This document shows positions 54,521 to 64,000 of a stretch of 64,000 bases of DNA, in pieces. The stretch is from Octopus vulgaris (Eukaryota): the NCBI GenBank assembly GCA_951406725.2, contig OX597818.1:40424001-40488000 (forward strand). The letters are read 5' to 3'. A model generated the notes under the pieces. The model did no database searches, had not been told where the DNA came from, and saw nothing but the letters and a program-made list of their open reading frames with translations. The number at the start of each line of letters is the position of its first letter. Position 1 is the stretch's first letter. Both the position numbers and the translations under genes were made by a program.

Positions 54521-55043
54521 AACCACTGGCTGCTGATATTCCAGATATACAAACCTAAGCTTGGTTACCAAACACAAAAGTTCTGATTATTTTATCTCAG
54601 CCACTCGTATACACTACATCCTCACCCATGTTGATCAGTCTCATCCATATTGATTAGTTAGCCTCAGTTGTAACCAAACATCATCAAAGCTGGGTTTTCG
54701 CTTCCAGACAAAGACCACCACATGACCTAAATTGACCAAGAGAAGCCTAAATATCTAGAAGCAATCTTGAATTTAATCTCGTATTCCCTTTATTCTCCTC
54801 TACGTGCTTGGCGGGATAGGTACATCCTTCAGGCTTTTGAAACTATAATTTCTATGGAGATGAGTCAAAGTGTGATTCAGTTATATATGTAACTTCTACC
54901 ATATGTATTAGTGCGATTTTCTTTGGCCACTCACTCGCATATATACATATAAATGTACATATACATAGAAATGCATATATATACATGCACTCATACACAT
55001 ATATGCATATAAAAACATTTATATTCGTGTATATATATATATA

Positions 55044-55140
<97 letters not shown>

Positions 55141-55967
55141 TATATTTATAATATATATGCGTATGAGTGTGTTCAGGCATATACACATACACATATGTAT
55201 GCATGTGTGTATATTTTTGTGTGTATGCTTGTATATGTGTATATAACTGTGTGTGCGCGTGTGTAAGGCTCATTTTGCTGCTAGTGCAAGTACGTCTGTA
55301 TATATACAAACAGCTAAATATGCACTCACATATGCTCATACGTATGTGATTGTATACGAAAATCTTTGTATTTTCGATGATGAATCCATATGATATCAAT
55401 TCTAATATATATGCTCACGAGAAATTATCCTGCTGTACTAACTTCGTTGTGAGACACATAACTCTAATACCAACAATTTCCTTTAAACAAAAAGAACTGA
55501 GAATACAGAAAATGGCGTCATTAGAAGTAACTACGTCTCCACCTTCCACTCCTCCACATCTAGTTCTACGTTATCCTTTTATCTAATATTGAACGCGAGT
55601 TCACCGTTGCATTGACTCGTCAAGCAAATATTTTTTTTGTTTTGTTATATTGCTTGAAAACCTAGAGTAAATATGTAGTCAGTGTTTGGCTTTAGACACC
55701 CGTCGGTGTCATTGGCTGCCATGTAAGGTTAGCAAATATCGGGATAACCAGCTGAGCACAGCTTACTGACAGCACCAGCAGAAGACGTTCCTTATCATAC
55801 ACCATCTTATCAGAAATATTAAAACGTATATGCGGATGTAAGCATGTCTGTGTGTGTGTGTATGTGTGTGTGTGCGTGCGCGTATGTGTATTATTATACA
55901 CACACATATATACATAGAGGTAATTATATATATTTTTATATATATATATATATTTATATTATTTATT

Positions 55968-56025
<58 letters not shown>

Positions 56026-56029
56026 AAAA

Positions 56030-56180
56030 TAAGGGTGAAAAAATTGGATATTAATTAATAACATCAATTTAAACACCAAGTGGCCTAGCGTATAAAAGAC
56101 TGGGATTCAGTAAATATTATTAATACACGACTATGAGAGAGGGTCCACTATGTGGACGCTCTAACGCTAGATATAGATCC
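56030..56180. mobile_element. (TA)n-adjacent repeat, homolog of 39105-39260
   Basis: aaggg.gaaaaatt...atattaatt...atcaatttaaa.acca.gtgg.ctagc.tata. Confidence 0.7.
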
Positions 56181-56355
56181 GCAAAGGGAATCCACCACCA
56201 AGGAATTGTTCTCAAGAAATAATCCAACACACCAAGAACGTAAGCGAGCAGGACAAATGAAAAATAACGAAAAAATAGATTAACTCTATACAATTGTTTC
56301 ATCGTTAATAAATTATGTAATTTACTTACATAAGTATTTTCGAATCGTAAGTAGG

Positions 56356-56451
56356 GTACATCAAAATATAATTTGTCGAACTGCACGGCAAATATATATA
56401 TATATATATATATATTTGCCGTGCAGTTCGACAAATTATATTTTGATGTAC
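56356..56451. repeat. perfect palindrome centred on (TA)n
   Basis: gtacatcaaaatataatttgtcgaactgcacggcaa(AT)n ttgccgtgcagttcgacaaattatattttgatgtac. Confidence 0.95.
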
Positions 56452-57148
56452 ATATACATATATTATATATATATACATACGTACATTCACAGACACTCAC
56501 ACACACATATATATATAGAGAGAGATTGATGCATATATAAATGCATGTGTGTATACATATACATATCTACACACACACACAATCACATACACACATATAT
56601 ACAGATTGATGCATACATAAATGCATGTGTATACATATTCATATCTATACGCACACATACACAAGTATGTATATATGTATGTAGGTTTAAATTTTAATCT
56701 TATATTGAAATTTGTGTTGATATAGCGGAGCTGTCAATGAAAATGGAGCGAAAGACAATTTCTGAACGATTCAGCTGCAAAGAGTGAATCAATCCATTAT
56801 GTTATTGAACTTATCAAGCAAGAGATAATAATTCGTTTAAAAAAAAATGTCTTTATTGAGGGCAGAAATAAACATTTTCATAACACATGACGAATATACA
56901 AGGAAAGAATTGAAATGAGGGTGTACATTAGAAATAAAAGCAGGAGGTGAAGAATGACGGATACAGACAAGACTAGGGAAAAATATTTCTGCTCCAAACC
57001 CCGAATTCAAAATGTATTCAAAGTGAAATAGTGAGAAGACAGTACGAAAAAGAGAATACAAGAAACAGGAAAAAGATACATGCGTATACGTGTATATACA
57101 TTTACATACATACATACATATTTTCTCTCCCTGTTTCTTTCTGTGATC

Positions 57149-57184
57149 CTTTCTGTGGAAGAGCGTAGGCTCGAAACGTTAAAG
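57149..57184 (+). ncRNA. minimal hammerhead-like motif, variant core CUGUGGA (repeat 57118-57275)
   Basis: cttt CTGTGGA A GAGC gtag GCTC GAA ACGT T aaag. Confidence 0.55.
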
Positions 57185-57271
57185 ACCTTTTCACTTACCG
57201 AGCGTTAAACTAATACATCTGTTTGTTGTGCACACCACCTGTCCTCGCCTTTTGTTGTTTTTGTGAATTCT

Positions 57272-57336
<65 letters not shown>

Positions 57337-57399
57337 TAGACAGAATGGAATAGCAAATCCAAGGGTGTGAGAAGTTTTCAGAACATTTATAATGAAATA

Positions 57400-57447
57400 G
57401 TCTTACAGCTGTTTCTGGGATATTATCGATATCCCTTCTTCAGAGAC
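57400..57447 (-). ncRNA. type-I hammerhead ribozyme candidate, canonical core
   Basis: gtct CTGAAGA A GGGATAT cgata ATATCCC A GAA ACAGCTGT A agac. Confidence 0.75.
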
Positions 57448-57515
57448 GGCGTGAGAAAATGTGTGTGTATGTGTGTGTGTGCGTGCGTGCGTGTTAGTGC
57501 GTGTGTGTTTATATA

Positions 57516-57658
57516 GGTGTAGATAGGACTGTGTGGTAAGAAGTTAGTTCCCCAATCACATGGCTCTGGGTTCAGTCCCACTGCGTGGTACCTTGTGCCT
57601 TCTACTATAGCTTCGGACCGACAAAAGTTGTGAGTGGATTTGGCAGATGGAAACTGAA
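57516..57658 (+). mobile_element. SINE family B head
   Basis: family match. Confidence 0.75.
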
Positions 57659-57789
57659 ATTTAAAAGGTTTAGTTATAGGGGTGTTTTTGGTATATTTCT
57701 ACAAATTTATGTGGGTGTATACTAGAATGTGTCTATTTTGACGAGCATAGAAATGAAATGATGTTTAAGTTTACTATATACTAGTTAAA

Positions 57790-57987
57790 ACACAAGGGCA
57801 GCAATTTGGGTGGAATGGATAAGTCAATTTCCTGAGCCCCAGTATTTCACTGATACTTAATTTATCAACCCCGAAAGAATGAAAAGCAAAGACGACCCCG
57901 GCGGAATTTGAACTCAGAACGTAGCAACGGGCGAAATGCCGTTAAACATTTCGTCCAGCATGCCAACGATTCTGCCAGCTCGCCGCC
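57790..57987 (-). mobile_element. SINE family A
   Basis: family match. Confidence 0.8.
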
Positions 57988-58021
57988 ATAGGTAGTAATA
58001 ATGCTAATGTATACATTCTCA

Positions 58022-58262
58022 TCGTGGCGTAGCGGTTAGGGCGCTAGCATCATGATCGTAAGATTGTGGTTTCGATTCCGGGACCGGGCGACGCGTTGTG
58101 TTCTTAAGCAAAACACTTCATTTCACGTTGTTTCAGTCAACGCAGCTGGCAAAAATGAGTAACGCTGCGTTGGTCTGGCGTCCCGTCCAGCTGGGGAACA
58201 CACACGCCACAGAAACCGGGAAACCGAGCCCATGAGCCTGGCTAGGCTTTAAAAGGGCGCAT
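58022..58262 (+). mobile_element. SINE with family-C head and body and a family-D-like tail
   Basis: tggcgtagcgg/gtttcgattcc boxes; aagcaaaacacttcatttcacgttg body; ggggaac..gaaaccgggaaaccg..cccatgagcc tail. Confidence 0.8.
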
Positions 58263-59387
58263 TTATTTATTATACATTCTCATAGTGGTAAATTACTCAG
58301 GGTAGACATTGCTGTTATTTTGGTGTTATTTTGCCTCAGATTAATCCTATGAAAAAAAGAAAAGCTATGGGTAAAAGCATTCTAGCCGTGAGAATCACAT
58401 GTTTTTATATTTCAAACATCTCGCATTAAGTTCTACAACATCAAATGTTATTCTTTCTCTTTATAATATGATAGTGTGTGATTTGAGGAAAATTTGGTTG
58501 TTACATTTAGAAGATCGTGATACCAGGAATAATCTTCCTTATTGACTCGTCCTGAGCATCTCTGCGCATTCTAGACATGTCTACCCGATATTGTTCTCTA
58601 GTTTTTTTCTTTTTCTTTTTTAAAATCTAGCTTGAAATATGACTTCAATTTCTTAGAAGCAGAGCGACTTCGTAGAAACTGTTTTGCTCGCAGGCAGGGT
58701 ATTTGCTTAAATCGCGAGAATTTGGAATAGCGAACTGTCAAACTAATATTTCAGATCCGTCGTTAATTTAACGTTGATTATGGCGAAATGACTTACATCT
58801 TTAAAGTTGCTGTTGTCGAAGATGTTGCTGCTGCTGTTGTTGTTGTTGTTGTCGTCGTTGTTATTATTATTATTATTATTATTATTTCATTTAATACAAT
58901 TATTATGTCTGGAGTAAATTGTTTTTTACATAGTTAAATATTATGGAAGTTTGCATTCAAAACTGATCGCCGTTGAAGAGAAAAATAAATGTTTCCCTGG
59001 GGGTGGTTTAAAAGAACTGTATATAGATTGTATGGAAGGAAGAAACAGGACAGCTGGTAAATCGGTGAAATAATGTGCAATAATTTAAAATTGGCTGAAA
59101 CTAATAGATTTTTTTTTTTTCTAAAAGTGAGAAGCAATTTCAGTTTGGAATTTTAGTTTCAAAACGTGAATCATATTCCAACTGAGTAATTTCCGTTTTA
59201 TTACTGTGCTCTTTAGTGAAGCACTTCAGTTAGCAGCAAATCAAAGTTCTTAACTTCAGGCACAAGTACCTTAATTTATTTTTTGCAGCTACGTTTCCAA
59301 AATTATTTTCAGAAATAATGAGCGTAAAAAGAAATTTTTGTTGGCCTGACGTCATTAAATAAGCTAGTCATTTACTATCTTTTTCAG

Positions 59388-59489
59388 ATTTTTAAGAGTG
59401 GGTCATTCGTGACTTTACACTGGGAACAGCAGATAAATTTGTATTCAATTATTAGAGATAGAACGGTGCATTTTCTGCATGACGATAAG
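59388..59489 (+). other. candidate 102-nt phase-0 internal exon, gene unknown
   Basis: tttactatctttttcAG| ... AAG|GTATGT; only frame 0 is open: IFKSGSFVTLHWEQQINLYSIIRDRTVHFLHDDK. Confidence 0.35.
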
Positions 59490-59961
59490 GTATGTAAGTG
59501 GTAATGAAATTTAAAAAACAGATTGTCAGGGTGTAGATTATGTAGGAGAAGGTATAGGATCTTATAGTTATTAGAGACCTAAAATGTAAAATGTAAAGAG
59601 AATGCAGCTTCAACGTATATTAGATATACATTCACAGGACAGCCGTCACTCACAAGCGAGTAAGGCCTAATAGTATGTGCCATGTTTTTGCTAAGGTGCG
59701 TATGCAGACGCAGAATGACACACGCAACCCCTCGACTCTTCAAACCTTGACACAGCAGATTATCAAGTATTTAAGAGCTGAAGTGAATGAGGGTTGCACC
59801 AGCACTCGGCTGAATCTAATTACTTCGAAATAGAATGAAGCACCGTATATTGAAGTGCTTTCGTTAAGGACGCAAATCGCTGCTCGATCACGAAACCGAA
59901 CCCACGAACTCGGGATTTTGATACCAATACCTTCATCATTAGTTCACTCTTCTTTATATAT

Positions 59962-60427
59962 TGGATCTTTCGGTTTCAACGGCAGTTTTTCCTAGCGGTG
60001 TCATATGAAATTGTCACCCATAATTATGACCCTAGTATCGATCTATTGCATTTCAATCTGTTTTAGGGTTAGGGCTAGTTAGGGTTAGTTAGGGTTAGGG
60101 TTAGGGTTAGTTAGGGTTAGGGTTAGGGGTGGGGGAAGGGTATCTTTTTTTCTTTACAAATGTAAATAAACCCAATCTGTTTCTTAAACGAGGGACATAG
60201 TCATACGGCACAGAATGTTTTCACCTCAATAGACCGTCATTGATTGGTTGAAATTGCCGAAATGCAAGAAATTAAAGACCAAATATCTTACAAACTATAG
60301 AATTTTCTCAATAAAGCCAAGAGAAAAAGATATTTTATAAACACATTCTACCAGTATACGGAGTTTAAAATTTTTTTAGTTACCTAGAAATTATGTTAAA
60401 AATTGCCGTTCAAACCGAAAAGATCCC
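59962..60427. mobile_element. MITE with ~28-bp TIRs carrying (TTAGGG)n
   Basis: GGATCTTTCGGTTTCAACGGCAGTTTTT ... AAAAATTGCCGTTCAAACCGAAAAGATCC; ATAT on both sides; telomeric repeats at 60063-60128. Confidence 0.85.
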
Positions 60428-60819
60428 ATATATTTTTCCAGGATCAGCTTTAACTATAATTTAGTAAATTTACTTATCATTTAGAATCTTATCTCCAATG
60501 TTCTATATACAACATCAGTTCAGTTTTTTCCCTTTAGAATACATAACAATAATGTTGGTTTACCCTGCAGTGAGTCCAGTGTACTTCCTATTATGACAAG
60601 TATACGTTTCGAGCCTCACATGATAGACTGCCGAGCTGATTTGTATGTATGTATGTATGTATGTATGTATGTATGTATGTATGTATGTATGTATGTATGT
60701 ATGTATGTATGTATGTGTGTGTGTGTATGTATGTATGTATGTATGTATGTATGTATGTATGTATGTATGTATGTATGTGCGTGTGTGTATGTATGTATGT
60801 ATGTATGTATGTATGTATG

Positions 60820-61283
60820 TCAAAATTCAGTTTATTTCAAGATTTCTTGCCAATAGAGAAAGAACCGGTTTCTAACCTAGATCGAAGATTACTTCAATGG
60901 AATTTCAACATTAAAAACAGAGTATGTATGTATGTGCAGATTTGTATGTTTTATGTATGTATTCTCATGCATAGAGTTACATATCTAGACATGCCATGCT
61001 CATATATATTTAAACGATAAACTTCTGGAAAGTTTTACAGATTTTAAAATTTCCAGTGATGGATTGGATCTGTACTCCCCGAATTAGCTTCCTCCTTTCT
61101 GATTTTGAGAAGCCTAATTTCACAAGATAGCTATTTAGGCAGTGTGCTACATGTCCGAGGGCCCCAATAATTACAGGTATAATCCATAGCTTGTAATCTG
61201 GATAGAGTAAATGCAGATTTCTCAATAGTTCAGCATAGGTGTTCTCTTTTTCACTGATGTTCAGCTTTATGTTAACATCGGCT
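60820..61283 (-). pseudogene. 5'-truncated R4/Dong-like LINE (RLE C-terminus and 3' UTR) embedded in (TATG)n
   Basis: VEISCPADVNIKLNISEKENTYAELLRNLHLLYPDYKLWIIPVIIGALG...LIRGVQIQSITG; (GTAT)n at 60643-60820 and 61284-61820. Confidence 0.85.
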
Positions 61284-61412
61284 GGGCAGCTAATTTCCAC
61301 TGTGTATGTATGTATGTATGTATGTATGTATGTATGTATGTATGTATGTATGTATGTATGTATGTATGTATGTTTGTATGTATGTATGCATGTATGTATG
61401 TATGTATGTATG

Positions 61413-61445
<33 letters not shown>

Positions 61446-61472
61446 GTGTGTGTATGTATGTATGTATGTATG

Positions 61473-61506
<34 letters not shown>

Positions 61507-61624
61507 TGTATGTTTGTATGTATGTATGCATGCATGTATGTATGTATGTATGTATGTATGTATGTATGTATGTATGTATGTATGTATGTATGTATGTATG
61601 TATGTATGTATGTATGTATGTATG

Positions 61625-61658
<34 letters not shown>

Positions 61659-61712
61659 TGTATGTTTGTATGTATGTATGTATGCATGCATGTATGTATG
61701 TATGTATGTATG

Positions 61713-61746
<34 letters not shown>

Positions 61747-61863
61747 TGTATGTATGTATGTATGTGTGTTTATGAATATATGTATGTATATATGTATGTA
61801 TGTGTGTGTATGTATATATGTATAAATAGAAAGAAAGAAAGATAGACAGACAGATAGATAGAT

Positions 61864-61895
<32 letters not shown>

Positions 61896-62002
61896 CATAT
61901 TAATACACACACGCACACACATTACAGAATGTAATGTGGCAACTATAAGTTTTAATGTATATATTTTCTCGTTTAAATAACTGCTTTACCGCTTATATAG
62001 CG

Positions 62003-62432
62003 TTTGGTTGTGTGGTAAGAAACTTGCTATCCAGCCACACGGTTGAGGTTCAGTCGCACTGCGTTGAACCTTGGGCAAGTGTCTTCTATTATATTCCCGG
62101 ACCGACCAAGGTCCTGTGAGTGGATTTGGTTGACGGAAACTGAAAGAAGCACGTCGTATATATATGTATATATTATTTGTGTGTGTGTGTGTGTTTGTAG
62201 TTGTGTGTGCGTGTCTGTCTGTGTTTGGACCCCGCCATCGCTTGACAACCGATTTTGGTGTGTTTACGTCCCCGTTACTTAGCGGTTCGGAGAAAGAGAC
62301 GGATAAAATATGTTCTAGGCTTACAATAAATAAGTCCTGGGGTCGATGTTTTATTTTTTTTATTTTTTGCTACAGCCCTTTAAGGCGGTGCTCCAGCATG
62401 GCCGCAGTCAACTGACTGAAACAAATAAAAGA
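62003..62432 (+). mobile_element. SINE family B
   Basis: family match. Confidence 0.85.
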
Positions 62433-62845
62433 AAAATATCTACATTATGTCATATAACTTATATAACATCATGTTATACAAACCAGAGATGATGGATGGA
62501 TAGTCATAATAGCTTGGATAATGGCAGTATTAGATAACAAGTAAGAAAATAACGATATTTAGGAAAAATACGTAACAACGTTGCCAGCGATGGAAATAAC
62601 TCATTTCCTCATTTGAAAAATAGGGCAATTTATAGAAACTAGAGAATATTTTAATAATCATTTAGATAAATGGAAGATGCATTAGTCTCGCAATTTACTC
62701 ATTACTGCTACAATATGTTCTGTGACAATAAAAACACCTCGAGGGAATGTTCTGCATACTAAACATAGATATGGTGGAGTCTTACATACGGCAAAAAAAT
62801 GGGTTGTAAAACCTCGATCAATTGAGATTATCTAAGCAGTTAGTA

Positions 62846-63167
62846 TTAGGTTGTCAAGAAAGTTCATTCAGAATTTTAAATTTTGGTTCTAAATGATGTA
62901 TTTTCAAATTAATTTGTCGTTAAATTACTTTGACTTTATATATCATGTTAAAGCCCGTTTTCCTTCTCTATCTAATCGTGTTACTCTTTTACTTTTTGAA
63001 TAATTAGGTCATTTCTTTCGGAACGTTGAATAAAACATGGACAAAAGCAAATTTTCTTATTCTAGTTGAAGCTAGGCCGAAAAATTGCTGAAACAGCTCT
63101 CGATATCAAGATGCGTTTGGCCCAGGAACCACTAACGAACGTACAGCACAATGGTGGTTCAAGAAAC
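62846..63167 (+). pseudogene. mariner (Hsmar1/cecropia-like) 5' fragment
   Basis: TA|TTAGGTTG TIR start; LKLGRKIAETALDI / DAFGPGTTNERTAQWWFKK (frameshifted HTH). Confidence 0.8.
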
Positions 63168-63444
63168 GTGCACACATATACACACACCATCCTACTAAAT
63201 ATAAAACACACACAGACCCATATACACACGCCACAATAAACTCTGGGACCAATCAAAAACGGCTCACACACACAAACACAAGCACGTGTATATACACACA
63301 AACACAGAGAAACATGCACAGAGACGCACACAGTCATACCATTCTGACCTCTAAGATCAGTCCCAAAAATCACTGAACCATGACAGACTAGCCCAGAAAC
63401 AAAAAATCCTTTTGATTCCACATTGCTCCCCCCACCCAACCAAC

Positions 63445-63740
63445 CTCGACCAAAGCCTTGTGAATAGATTTAGTAGACGGAAATTGAAAGAAGCCCATCG
63501 TATATATGTATCTATATATATGTGTGTGTGTGTGTGTATGTTTGTGTGTCTGTGTTTGTTCCCCCAACATCGCTGGACAACCGATACTGGTGTGTTTACG
63601 TCCTCGTAACTTAGCGGTTCGGCAAAAGAGACCGATAGAATGAGTACTAGGCTTACAAAGTCCTGGGGTCGATTTGCTCGACTAAAGGCGGTGCTCCAGA
63701 ATAGCCACAGTCAAATGAATGAAATGAAACAAGTAAAAGT
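63445..63740 (+). mobile_element. SINE family B, 5'-truncated
   Basis: family match. Confidence 0.85.
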
Positions 63741-63971
63741 ATATCATTGTTTTGCTAAAAAATGTTCATTGCTTGAAATATATTCGTCAAGTTTAATGAA
63801 ATTTAATATGCACTCAATGCATGAAGTGTCATTATTGGGCTCAAGGCCCAATGAAGAGCCCTCCACAGGAGCCAGCTTAAAAGTCGCCCGATAGATTACG
63901 AGTCAGTTGTAGATGGAACCAGGCACGATTTTCGGTGCAACTTCTTCAGGGTCTATCTGCATGAAATTAAG

Positions 63972-64000
63972 TAGTGTAAATCCTCGAGTATAGTCCGCCC
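63972..64000 (+). mobile_element. possible start of a pogo-like DNA transposon terminus
   Basis: GTAAATCCTCGAGTATAGTCCGC resembles pogo/Tigger-type termini; cut by the window edge. Confidence 0.35.

Noticed and set aside
60063-60128. True telomere or chromosome-fusion scar
   Set aside because: Short, single orientation, and enclosed by MITE TIRs
63915-63952. Minus-strand CTGAAGA...GAAA motif or short exon
   Set aside because: Stem II and stem I do not pair, and the reading frame is very short

Overview
Animal genomic DNA that is AT-rich, extremely microsatellite-rich and almost entirely intronic or intergenic. The tRNA-derived SINE families and repeat landscape look like an octopod cephalopod (Octopus-like); this is my recognition, not a database result. 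I can find no intact protein-coding gene, and nearly all listed ORFs are translated simple repeats or SINE frames. Contents: (1) about 30 SINE copies from several modular tRNA-headed families; (2) decayed autonomous elements: two mariners, a maT/Tc1-type element, a FLYWCH-MULE, CR1-like and Tx1/L1-like RT fragments, three R4/Dong-like RLE LINE remnants next to (TATG)n, and a Neptune-type Penelope GIY-YIG remnant; (3) MITEs, one carrying TTAGGG repeats, and a Helitron-like 5' end; (4) one candidate 102-nt exon and a 4x octamer array. The most striking signal is a set of short non-coding inserts in or near (TA)n/(TATG)n tracts. They carry minimal type-I hammerhead-ribozyme folds with palindromic stem III, including non-canonical cores (G3-C8 swap, CUGUGGA, CCGACGA). 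They occur with inverted or fold-back duplications and a near-identical 549-bp x 3.1 tandem array with an inverted head. Together these suggest a Penelope/retrozyme-like, microsatellite-targeted retro-mobility system. Coordinates were read by eye and may be off by a few bases.
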